The position numbers were made by a program, and so were the translations under genes. From the NCBI RefSeq assembly GCF_006345805.1, contig NC_042998.1, forward strand, positions 58,714,001 through 58,778,000: a DNA stretch of 64,000 nucleotides. The letters run 5' to 3'. Shown one piece after another: positions 13,546-27,000 of the stretch. This DNA comes from Octopus sinensis. Lineage: Eukaryota. Each line of letters starts with the position of its first letter. The stretch's first letter is position 1. The notes under the pieces were generated by a model. The model saw nothing but the letters and a program-made list of their open reading frames with translations. It searched no databases and was not told the DNA's origin.

Positions 13546-15205
13546 AGTGATATTGGGTGAGCTGTATCCCTATCTGGGCTGTGTGCATTTGGGTGAACTT
13601 CGAGACAAACTCCCTTGGGTAAAGCAGGTAGAGCATCATTCTTGGCTGAGCTGAACCAAACTGAATGAATGCTTTTGAAGATTGATTGTGGTGTGTAATA
13701 AGTGTCTTTAACTCTCCTATCGAATTTACTTGTAATTGTGTAATCTGTCTTTCATTGCAGGTGTTATCTATTTTGAAACCTAAAGGCATAAAGGTAACAG
13801 GATCCATGTCTATGGTACGAAACAGTGTTGGACCAGGTAAGCTGTCTGGCTAGTTGGCTGTCTGTCTGTTTCTCACTTTTATCGGTCAATGTTACCTGTT
13901 ATTTTTGCTTCTACAGGGTGTCCCAAAAGTCACTGATGGGTTTTAATTTTTAATAACTTTCTTAACTTTACAAATAAATGTATGAAAATATGAAAATTTG
14001 ATACAATATAAAGGACATAATCGAAATTAATATGCACAAGTAAAATTTTGCAACATCACCACATCACATATAGAAAATGACATCACTTAAATGGCAGCCA
14101 TTTATGGCTTTGCATGCTTGTGCTCTTTCCAAAACTTGCACCATAACACTCTCAAGAGTTTCAGACCCCACTTCTATGATTTCTCTATTGATGTTCTCTT
14201 TGTTGCACCAGGGTTTCCAGGTTGTTGACGTAAACCCTGTCTTTCAGGTATCTCCACAAGAAAAAATCCGGGTTAGTCAAGTCTGGGGAATGTGAAAGCC
14301 ATTCGAAGTAGATCTCGCATATGGTTGTGCTTGAGAAGACTCGTCAAGCCAGGTGAAATCGTAGTTATGGTTGTTGCTAGTGTCCTGTAAATGGTACCTG
14401 TGAAATTGTAGTCGTGCTGTTGCTGGTATGTAAATGACACCCATGCCAGTGGTACATGACAAGCACCCATTACACCCTCAGACTGGTTGGCATTAGGAAG
14501 GCATCCACCAATAGAAACCATGCTAAATCAAACTCCAGCATGGAGAGTGGACATTAAATGATGGTGAACTGTTAGGCATCTGATCACATTGTCCCACCAA
14601 ATTCAGTTTGTTGCCTCGTTTAGTGAGGTTCAATTTATCTGCTACAGTTTATTTAACCTTCCTAATAATCTCCCATTTTATTTGGAAGAGCATCTAATTG
14701 TGAAACAATTTCTTACCCTTTAAAATATAATTTGTAGGAAACATAGACAAAAAGATAGACATTCAGTATTTAAAATAACATTACAAATTTAAAGATTATT
14801 ATTATTACATTGAATTTTAGTGCTTTTTTTTTATTAAGGTTTTCTGATCAATTTTCTTAATTCTATTGTCTTTTTTGTTTTATTCTGTTTAATCAAATAT
14901 TGTTCAGTTATGACCATCCATCTTTTATTCCCACATAGTGTTTCTAGGACTACATTATTCAATGTCTGCTTCTAAGACAGTAAGGCAATTATTTACGTAA
15001 ATACTTCAGTAAGGCAATTATTTACGTAAATACTTCTTCACTGATCTGTAATATGATATTTTTTTTTGTTGGAGAGTATATATCTTTTAGGATTAAAGAC
15101 CTGTGGTTTCATTGTATAGTTTAAGGGAAATTTGGTGGATCTACAACTACATAGACATACATGCCTGTTTTATGAGTATAACGAAGTGTAACAAATTTGC
15201 ATTTA

Positions 15206-15241
<36 letters not shown>

Positions 15242-18200
15242 CAAGTTTCATGGAGGTGGTGACAAATGACCAAGGCTTCCAGTGACACTGTGTTTGGGAA
15301 GATGCATCAAGCTTAGTGAAATTGTGGCCAGTGCTGGTGACTTGTAAATAGCACCCAGTACACTCTGTAATGTGGTTTGCATTAGGAAGAGCATCCAGCT
15401 GTAGAAACAAAGCCAAAACAGATGACTGGGTCTTGGTGCAGCACTCTGGCTTGCCAGCTCCAGTCAAACCATCTAACCCATTCCAGCATTGAAAATGGGT
15501 ATTAAATGCTGATGATAATGATGCTCATAACTGTTTTATTGGTTATTTTCCTAATTTATTCTTTGAATTCTTTTATAGATGGCTATGTTGCCGATGAGAT
15601 CGTTACCTCTCGCTCCAATGTCCGGGTTCGTGTTGGTAACACTGATGCCGAAGGAAGAATGGTGATGGCTGATTTGTTGTGTTACATGAAAGAACAGGTT
15701 TGTAATTATTCTTGTTTTGATTGTAGACCAGAATGCTGGTGAACATATTGAGAGCATAGCTCCAAATCTGTAATTGTTTTGTGTTGATTGATCTTGCATC
15801 GTTTATAATAAGATCACTTGTTTAGGGCTGAAATGTTTATAAACTTAAAAAAAGAAAATTAATGAAAAAAGGAAAGGAAATTGCTCTTTTGGCCCTGTGC
15901 TATATAGTGTTACCATGAAAGAACAGTTTTGTATCATAGAACCAGTGGTGGTCTGGTGTCAAAAAGATTAAGATGTATGATGGTTTTAGATGTGTTGTTC
16001 TTGAAAGTATGATGTTTATGAAAGGGATTGTCATGCCTTTCCTGAAGGAACTTGTGATACCACAAAATGAAATTAGAACACTCAGGAACTATAACATATT
16101 ATTAAGTCAGTAGAAATGTCAAAAGGTTAAAGAATCCCTTCAGTCACAAATGACCATGGGATTGCACCTAGAAGGTGCACAAGTCTGGGCAGGGTTGTTT
16201 ATGGAAGACCAAGAGTCACCCATGCATACCAGCCTCCCCTTTCCATGCCACTGATGTTGTCCAAGAGAAAGGCATAGACTGATACTGCTTGGTACCAGTG
16301 ACATTGCAACTCATTTCTACAGTTGGGTGAACTGGAGCAACATGAAATAAAGTGTCTTACTCAAGAACACTCTGCCTCGTCTGGGAATCGAACCAACAAC
16401 TTCATGACTAATAGTCTGACACTCTAACCACTGAACCATGAGATGTCAAAATACCGAGATATTGTTGATCAGTCATTGACACATCTGAAGAAATGCTACT
16501 GAAAGTTTCCTATCCTCTCACAGAATTATAATAAACACAAGTGGCTTTGTCAATGTGGTGTCCCGGCTCCCAAAAATGATATTTTGAAGGATATTCATGT
16601 CACTGTCATTTAACAGATACTTGCCTGGTTGATAGTACAATTGAGTTTGAAATGTAATTGATATGATGAATGCTGTTTGCTATCCAATATAAGTTCTCAG
16701 TTCCTTTCAACCCACAAGCATTTAACCTCACAATCAGCAACTGAAAGTAGGAGCACACACATTATGAAATTTGGATGCCCCCAAACTCCATAATGGTACA
16801 AAGCTATAATCAAAGCTCTTATGCTCTATGTGATTGAAGCCATCATTATGACTGGTTGTATCAAGGGAGAAGTTATTTTCATTCATGACATCAGCTTTAC
16901 TGTTTCATTTGAAGCCCCTTCAGTTTCCAGTGACAATGTCCTTTGTATGACCATCATCAAGTTTGAGACCATTCCTTTACATTGCTCTATTTGAATTGAT
17001 AAGTCCACGTTTCTCTCCTGGTCAGTTCTATGGTGCATGATTACATTTTGAGCCAAGCAGACATCTTTACACCAATGCATCAAACTGCAAAACGAGAAAT
17101 AGTGTCTATTCCAGGTCATGTCTGTGCCTAGCGTCTTATACTATATATCAAAATATATTCAAAATGTGTGGCTAACTATTTTGTTATTTAAATGTGTGAA
17201 TATTTGTTGCTTAAATGTGTTTCTATTTCTTTTTCTGTACAGGCTAAAGGTGTGAAAAATGCTCATATTTTCACAATTGCTACCCTCACAGGCCATGCTG
17301 TACTAGCCATGGGACCTGATTACACTGTAAGTTAAATGTGATTTTTCTTTAGCTTTAAGATATATTAGGGAGATGTACTTGCATAGCAAGTGGTTTGATC
17401 TGAGATCGTGTGCTGAAACAAAGACAATTGCAGCATGGAAGGTGTTTGTAAGCCATTTAAGAAACACCCAAAAGCCGTTCAATTCACTTCAACATTTAAA
17501 TTTAATATTTCAAAATATTTTCGTCGTTATAAGACCGCGACCTGTTCACTGACAAAAATCCGTGCAGCAGCACGGATTTTTGTCAGTGAACAGTTCGCGG
17601 TCTTATAGCGACGAAAATATTTTGACATATCAAACTTAAATGTTGAAGTCAAGATATATTAGGTTTTAAATAAATATATTTATGTCAACCCAAGCATATC
17701 CTTTATGGCCATTTTAACCATAAAGCTGTCCGATTCAATTGCTAATCCTTCTGTAAGTACACTTAGCAGTATTTTCATTTTTCCCTCACTTATATTTTCT
17801 GCATGCCACAGTTTCTTATAACATTTTAAATCCTCTTCTTCATCAGCATTAGTAAGGTTAAGTGTGCTATTCCCCAACTACATCTAGATTTGCCTTGACA
17901 TACTGCTTCACAATCCAAAATACTTTCCACTCCAGTTACTCTCATTGCAGAACACTAACAAACCTGCTTTTCGCTTCCCTTCAAGTTATGTACACTTGTC
18001 ACCTAGCTTGTCTTAGTTATATAAGATAGTATAAAATGGCTCTAATTAGACAAGTTGTATCAAGTTAATAATTTAACATGGAGATACAAATTGTAAGGAT
18101 CAGTGAAAATCCCCCCAAAAAACTCTCGGCTCTACCTGGTTGTTGCCACCTTCTTTGGATGTTTAATTTTGACTTCAATTTACTTTTACTTTTAATTGCT

Positions 18201-21200
18201 CCCAGCTCAAATAAAAGAAGTACATGTAAGATACTGAAATCAGTCTGGGCAACCATGTCTTGCTTTTATAAAAGCTTTACATTGTATTGAAAGAAACACA
18301 TTTTCTGATTCAATAGTTACTGCTATGTTTTCTCTATTTTTTACCCTTCAACACTTTGAAAGTTACTCCACTTTTATGTTTTTTATCTCTGCAGGCGGTC
18401 ATGGATAATGGCCCAGCCAAGAAGAAGAAGATGTCTCAAACTCTCCAGGATGTTGGACATTCAATTGGAGATTTATTTGAAATTTCAAACATTCGCCGTG
18501 AGGTAAAATTTTATCCATCTTATCATCTTCGTTCCTTCCACTGGGGCAAAAAAAAAAATGGTATCAGCACTCTTCTCCTATTTCAGCTAAAAGAAGAAAA
18601 CCTAACAAAAACCTTTCAGTTTCCACAGTGCTCCTTTTAGACTTCAGTTGTTTTTAGTTTTTTTTTTTTTCATAAGTTAGTCTTGGTGGACAGGAGTGGT
18701 GTTCATCACTCTTATACATCCTCTAAAACTGCTAAAACTGTTGCAGTCGCTACTTAACTTGAATATCTGCTATGTGCTGTTCTATAGGAAAGCTGTGAAT
18801 AGAGTGGGAACCAGTGTCTTGTTCAAATGCTAGATTAGAGTATACTGTTAAAGGCACCCAAAGATCAAGTAGAGGTGTTGAACCTGGAAGCATGTGAGAT
18901 GTAGACTGTCTACGTTGTATAAAGAATTCTGTATTGAAATAATTTGAATAATTTCACAGTCACAAGAACCCATGAATTTTGGGTTTCGTCTAGGCTATCT
19001 AATCACTGCCTACTCTCTAAACTAGACTGGTACATTTAGTTTACTCATCCAGGAAGAATGAAAAGCATGAAAAGGCAAGGATGTTGCTTCAAATAAGATT
19101 TTTAGTGATGGTCATTGATGGGTCCAGTTTCTGCCTTAGTTACTCAACTCTAAGCTTTTTGTTTGTTCCTTCTCGAACCACGCCTGTCTCATAAGGGCCG
19201 GTTTCCTTGGCGTATAGGTTCCCCATCTGGATGGGACACCGATCCATCGCAGGTGATCTGCAAGATGCAGGAGGAAAGAGTGAGAGAAAGTTGTGGTGAA
19301 AGAGTCAGTAGAAGTTCGCCATTACCTTCTACTGGAGCCGCGTGGAGCTTAGGTCATTCGTTCATAAACACACACATTGCCCAGTCTGAGATTCGAACCC
19401 GCGACCCCTCAACTGCGAGTCCATTGCTCTAACCACTAGACCATATGCCTCCACAACTCTAAGCTAGAAAAATGTGACACTTTAGAAATATTTGATTTCC
19501 TAACTTAACATTGTTGTTTTCCTTTTTCTGTTCTCTTTGATCAAAGATCAGAAGTTTGTGATTTGGTGTCAGCTTTGTTACACCAAATAATTTTATCTCT
19601 TTTAAATTTAAGCCTCTTTGGCCAGTCACAAAATTGCACAAAACAGTGCCATGAAGTATGCAAAGGTTGTTTTGTCAGCAAAATAAACATCAGTGTATTT
19701 TGCTTAGTTCGATTTGTTGCTCTAATATTTTCATTAATCCCTTGGGGATCATGGGCACAATATTTATCTTTTTGGATTCTGAAGCATCAGAACTTACTCT
19801 GAAATTCTAGTACTGGTTCCTAATAAAATGCTTAATTCAAAAGATATAAAATGCATGCTTTTGCATGTACCTTTCTGTTAAGAACTACCAGCTGCAAGTT
19901 CCAAGTTCAAAAGTATAGCCATCAATTGGTACAATGAATTGGATCCAGCTCACTGTGCTAAATAATGGGAAAAATATATAATTTTAGAGTATTTTATTTG
20001 CTTGGATTGGTGACATTGAATGTTAGTCTGCAGAGAGTACCAACAAACCTCCTCCTATTATAGTCAGTGGTTGACAGATTTATATTTTGATGGGGATAGA
20101 CCTGCCATCTGAGAAGACCTGCAAAACCTGTGAAAACTTTTGATATCCTCAGACTAAATAATGCTTCTGAATTAGGCACAAGGACAACAATTTTGAAGAC
20201 AACTGTTGCCATTGAATCCTGTGATAGAATGGTATTTTGTTTTACCAATCTTGGTGGAGTGAAAGTCAAAATTAATTTCAATGGTATTAGAACTTAGAAT
20301 ATAAAGATTAGGAAGAAATACCACTAACCATTTTGTGTGACTCTAATGATTTTGCCAGTCCACCACCTATGATAATAATAATGGTTTCAAATTTTGGCAC
20401 AAGGTCAGAAAGTTGGTGGGAGGAGTAATAAAGAAATAGGTATTTTGCCTGTTGCTACATTCCAAGTTCAAATTCTGCAGAGGTCGACTTTGCCTTTCAT
20501 CCTTTTGGGGTCGATTAAATAAGTACCAGTTATGAAAGGTGAAAGGCAAAGTTGACCTCTGCAGAATTTGAACTGCTAGCATGGGTTGGACGGTTCGACC
20601 GGGGATCTGGGAAGCCAGAAGGCTGCACCAGAGCCTGGTGCAGCCTTCTGGCTTCCCAGATCCCCGTCGAACCGTCCAACCCATGCTAGCATGGAGAACG
20701 GACGTTAAACGATGATGATGATGATGATGAATGTAGCAACAGGCAAAATACCTATTTCTTTACTACCCACAAGGGGCTAAACACAGAGGGGACAAACAAG
20801 GACAGACAAATGGATTAAGTTGATTACATCGACCCCAGTGCGTAACTGGTACTTATTTAATCAACCCCGAAAGGATGAAAGGCAAAGTCAACCTTAGCGG
20901 AATTTGAACTCAGAATGTAACGGCAGACGAAATACGGCTATGCATTTCACCTGGCGTGCTAACGTTTCTGCCAGCTTGCCGCTAAGCATTTTGTCTAGCA
21001 GGCTAACAATTCTGCCAGCTTGCCGCCTTATTATTATTAATAATAATAATGATGATGATAATTTTTTCTACTCTAGGCACAAGGCCTGAAATTTTGTGGG
21101 GAGAGGGCAACTGGTAGCTTATCAACTCTGAAAGGATGAAAAACAAAGTCGATCTCTTTAGAACTTGAACTTGGAATGTAGCAATAGGCAAAATACTGCA

Positions 21201-21753
21201 AAGCATTTCGTCCAGCGTGCTAACAACTCTACCAGCTTGCCACCTTATTATTAATTATAATAATGGTTTATAAGATAAACACATTGTTAGAAATTTTGTC
21301 GTGGGGTTTAGTCTATTATATTGGCAAATAGTTATTGATCATTCCTATCTAAATGATGAAATGCTAAAGTTATCTAAATTAAAATCTTTCAACAAAATTT
21401 CATGTAATTTTGTTCCAAATATCATCTTAATAATGACAAAATAATTTTATGAACGTTTTCCTTGTTTTAAAAATTATTTGAAAACAAGGCAGAATATTTC
21501 AGTAGAAATATATCTTTTATCTGTTTCAATCATTAGATTGCAGCCATGCTGGGGCACTGGCTTGGAATTTTAGTCGAATGAATTGGCCCCAGTACTTATT
21601 TTTAAAGCCTAGTACTTATTCTGTGGGGGTCTCTTTTACCGAAGTGCTAAGTTATGGGGATGCAAACACACCAACACCAGTTGTCAAACAGTGGTGGTGT
21701 GACAAATAGTGGCAGAAAGAGAGAGAGAGAGAGAGAGAGAGACACACACACAC

Positions 21754-21786
<33 letters not shown>

Positions 21787-23332
21787 CACACAAACAAACA
21801 AAAAGTTAAGTTCTGGTCGTAGTGTTACCAATGGTTTCACAGCCTTGTGGACAGCTCATCAGACTCTATTCAAAGACAAAATTTAAGTTTCTAATCTTAC
21901 AGACATGACAAAACACTAGGATAATGAGATTTAACAGCTAAGATATAAAAACGTCTAAGAGGACGAGTTATCTCCCCTGGACAAGAGGCTAAAAGCCCTT
22001 TACAAACTCTTAAAAGCTTAACCAGCAAAATGGAGAGGTCCAGTTTTCCAGTAAGTAGCACCTGAAATGGACACGTTTAGAACAAATTTCTTTACAACTA
22101 TTTAATGCACCAGCTTTAGCATAGTCCTTAAGAATTTTGGTTCTCTCCGTGATGCAGATTTTGTAACGGCCACTCCCAGCCTTGATGTTCTATTATTTTC
22201 CACCTGATATCACATGGGGTCTCTTGATTTTTGAGGTGCCATATATGGCTGGCTAGGGATGTGATAAAACGTCTTTCTAGGACTCTGAAGGATGACTGGT
22301 GGTTGCAGAAGTGTTGTATGAAAGATGTACTGGTTGATCAGATATATTTAGAAACTTGGGAGGTGGCTATATTTGCACTCCTGGTATATCTCTGTTAGTC
22401 TTTGGATGTGGTGATGTTGTTGGTAACACCATTGCTGATGTTGTTATGATGCAATGATCCAGAAGTGTTATCTCCGTGGTTATCATTTCTGGTCATATGG
22501 TTGGCAATGATGCTGCTGGTGTTAGTGTAGCTGTGGCTGGTGGTAACGTATGGTGCAGGACCAGTCTCTTCATCATCTGTGATGGTAGTACTGGTGTCAT
22601 CAGTTACCTCCTCTGTGTTGTTGGTCCTGAACTGGTCGTCATTTCTGGCTGTCGCGATTGTACTGGTATAAGAGCTATTGTTGCTGTTGGATGGTACATT
22701 GCTGGTAATGCAGATACCAGATCTAGGTGTCACTGTAGCTTCATAGATGACTCCTTCAGCCTCTCATTGCCCTCCTCTCTTGTTTTGTGGGTGCTTGTTA
22801 AAATGCTTTTTATGTTAGGTGCACAACTAAAGGAGAATCCTAGGTTGTGCCTGTAAAATAAATGCCTGTATATCTATGTGTGTGTGTAAAATGCTTATCC
22901 ATTAATCGAAGGAAAATCCTTCTTACACAAGTCTTGATGTTAAGTGAGGAGGGTGGGGCAAACCAAATGATCTTTTTGCAGCACTTCCTTTTCTGGGTGT
23001 TAGGGCCTGGCATGCAGAGATGCAGTCCTTAAACCCACTCGATGTTAGTGCCTCATTGCAGTAGTGGGTAGTGGTGTTGAAGATATTTTGGCTAAATGAT
23101 AGATTCAAGGTCCTCTTGCTTACACCCTTCACTAGGTTCTTGACGATTATAGGGGGTGGCAGGAGGGTGTGTTAATATAAGACAGCTTCTTGTTTGACTT
23201 GTGATAGGGCCTGTATGCTTTAGAGCCCAGATCTAAAGTAACATCTAAGAAATTTTATACAGATAGATAGATATGGCTGGACTATTGGGTCAGCCCTGCT
23301 TTTTCGAATTTATGATTTACTGACTATATATA

Positions 23333-23386
<54 letters not shown>

Positions 23387-24029
23387 AAAAAAATACAAAC
23401 TGGGACAAGAATGCAAAACATTTAGAAGACGATACAAAAAACACGGACGGGACGTTCGAAGCCTTCAATCTTCAGTCAAGAACCGGATCATCCTCGCAAT
23501 TTCGGATGATTAATCTTGAGATTGCTCCAATCTGGCCAGCCCCAAGGAAAATCTAAGCTAAGCGCATTAAAACCATCATCGTTTAATGTCCTCCTTCCAT
23601 GCTGGCATGGATTGTATGGTTTGACAGGAGCTGGTCAGGCAGGTGCCTGCACCTTGCTTCAGTCTCTATTTTGACATGGTTTTTATGGGTTGATGCCCTT
23701 CCTGATACCAACCACCCAGCAGAGTGGGCTGAGTGCTTTTCATGTGGCACTCGCACAGGCGAGGTCAGCTTTGGAATGGTTTGTATAACTGGATGCCCTT
23801 CCAAATGCCAACCATATTATATACTCTTTTACTTTTACTTGTTTCAGTCATTTGACTGTGGCCATGCTGGAACACCACCTTTAGTTGAGCAAATCGACCC
23901 CAGGACTTATTCTTTGTAAGCCTAGTACTTATTCTATCAGTCTCTTTTGCCGAACCACTAAGTTACGGGGATGTAAACACACCAGCATCGGTTGTCAAGC
24001 GATGTTGGGGGGGACAAACACACACACAC

Positions 24030-24069
<40 letters not shown>

Positions 24070-27000
24070 ACAATAATAATAATATGAGGGAATATTATTC
24101 CAAACTTACAGGGAAAAATTCAATTTAGAAATATTAAATCAAATTTCACCAAATATAATATATATATATATATATATATAAATTTTATATATAGAATTAG
24201 GAAAAAACACCTTTTATCAATTCAATAATGAAAAATGAAATTATACCATCTAGAAAAATTACATCTTATAGAAAAATTAAATATAAGATAAAATATATAA
24301 CAATGATTAAGTAATGTGCAAAATAATGAATAAAACGTATATAATATATTTATTATTTTGCACATTACATAATCATTGTTATATATTTTATCTTATATTT
24401 AATCTTTCTATAAGATGTAATTTTTCTAAATGGTATAATTTAATTTTTTATTATTGAATTGATAAAAGGTCGTTTTAAGCACCAACCAATCATGGCCGTT
24501 GCCGGCCTACCCTGGTACCTGTGCCTGTTGCACCTAAAAACCACCATCCTTCTGTGGCCGATGCCAGCGCCGCCTTGACTGGCTTCCGTGTCGGTGACAC
24601 GTAAAAACCACCAACCGATCGTGGCTGTTGCCAGCCTCCCCTGGCACCTGTGCCAGTGGCACATAAAAAGCACCATCCGTACGTGGTCTATGCCAGCGCC
24701 ACCTTGATTGGCTTCTGTGCTGGTGGCACATAAAAAGCACTAACCGATTGTAGCCGTTGCCAGCCTCCCCTGGCACCTGTGCCGGTTGCATGTAAAAAGA
24801 ACCCACTACACTCATGGAGGGGTTGGCGTGAGGAAGGGCATCCAGCTGTAGAAACACTGCCAGTCGGACTGGAGCCTGGTGCAGCCTCCTAGCTTCCCAG
24901 ACCCTGGTCGAACCATCCAACCCATGCTAGTATGGAAAACGGACGTTAAACAACATGATGATGATGATATATATATATATAAATACATATATATATACAT
25001 ACATATATACGATGGGCTTCTTTCAGTTTCTGTCTACCAAATCCCCTCACAAGGCTTTGGTCGGCCCGAGGCTACAGTAGAAGACACTTGCCCAAGTCGC
25101 CACACAGTGGGACTGAAACCAGAACCATGTGGTTGGGAAGCAATTTCTTACCACATAGCTTTTGGTTAAAAAAAAAATGGGGCTAATGATTTCAGTCTCA
25201 CTATTATACAGGGGAAACTGATAGCCATGGGTACAACCCCTCTTCCAGACCCAGCAAATAAAAATGCAAAACAAACCAAAAATAAAAATGAAAAAAAAGT
25301 AGCCCAAGTAAAGTCTTTTGATGCTATATTTCATTTGTTTCCATTACCAGGATTATAGCTTCCATGCCGGTAAATCTGAATATGAAGACGTTCTTCAGTG
25401 TAACAATTTACCATCTTCTCAGACACCAAGAGGTCACCAGACACCAGCTGCATTCCTTATTTTAGCATCAGGAATGGACAAAGTAAGTTAACATCAATAA
25501 TATTGAACATCTTGCCAGTTCAAATTTATTTCATGTTGATTTTGTTTATTTTATTTTTTACTACAAAGAAATTAAGCTGTTTTCTTAATTATCGCTTTAA
25601 GTCTGAAATAATTGGCAGTGGCTTAAATTTCTTTGTTTCTTTATTTACTGCTGTTGTTTTTGTCTGTTTGTTTGTGGCCATATATATTATTGAGCCCACT
25701 TATCAGTAACTGTCTATATTTCTGCCTCTCTGTCTGTCTGTCTGTCTCTGCCTGCCTGCCTGTCTTTTTGTGTGCCTGACTGTCAGTCCGTCCATCCATC
25801 CATCCTTCCTCTTTAATTCCATTTACATCCGTTAATCTAGGTTATCAGTTCAAATTTTATGAAGGTCAGCCTTTTCTTGTACCCATCAAGTATTAGATTC
25901 CATTGATTATATAGTTCACCTACAAATTTTGGCTGTTCTGCCAAAATTAGAAACCATCATTATAACAGTTTATAAATATAATAGACCTTAATCCACTTAG
26001 TCACTTAAAAACATATCCTTTAGTTTTGTTTAATGATTTTCTCTGTGATGGCTTGTCATCTGCAGCCCCAAGGAGCCTGAATACTTTCAACACTTTTTCT
26101 GTAAAATAGTTACAATTATCATAAAGCCAATTGGTTTAATTATATCTGTTTGTTACTACTTCAGTTTTTAATAATGGGCAACTGTGTTATTCAGTCTCAA
26201 CATCACCATCATTTAATGACTGCTTTCTATGCTAGCATGGGTTTGACAGTTTGACTGGAGCCATTAAAGCCATGGGTTGCACCAAGCTCCAGTTGTCTTT
26301 TCTGACATGGTTTCTGTATGTGGATGCTTTTCCTAATGCAAACCACTTCAGAGTGTAGTGGATGTTTTCAGTATGAGCCCAGCATGAGTGCTTTTTATGT
26401 GGCACCAGCACCAGTATCAATTCTACTGTGGTGGACAGGTCTTCTTCTGTACAGCAATGCACCAGATATCTCTATCCTTAGTTGTCTCTTGTATAAAGCT
26501 CAGTGTTTTGAAATTGGCTTTCAATACTTGAAATATGTAGCTTTGTTTCAAAGTGGTAAAAATAAAAATGAGAATAATAAGAGCTGTAAGAATTAATAAA
26601 CTTAGAGAATGTGAAATAATTCTCTTTTGGAATAGTGGATCTTGAAGCACAAATCAAGCTATAAATAATAGCATGAAAATATTGGGTTCAAAAACCAATT
26701 TGAATAGAAGGGAGGGGCTAAGTCAATAAGATTTACACTGGTGTTCAACTGGTACTTAATTTATTGACCCCGCTCGATAATAATGATAATAAATGAAAAA
26801 AAACCCAGATCTATAGGGATGTTTTGTATATGTGTGTGTGTGTATGTGCATTTGTATGTATGTGTGTGTGTACATGCATTTCTATGTATGTGTATGTCTG
26901 TATGTACATTTGTATGTATGTGTATGTCTGTATGTGCATTTTTATGTATGTGTGTGTATGTGCATTTTTATGTATGTGTGTATATGTGCATTTGTATGTG

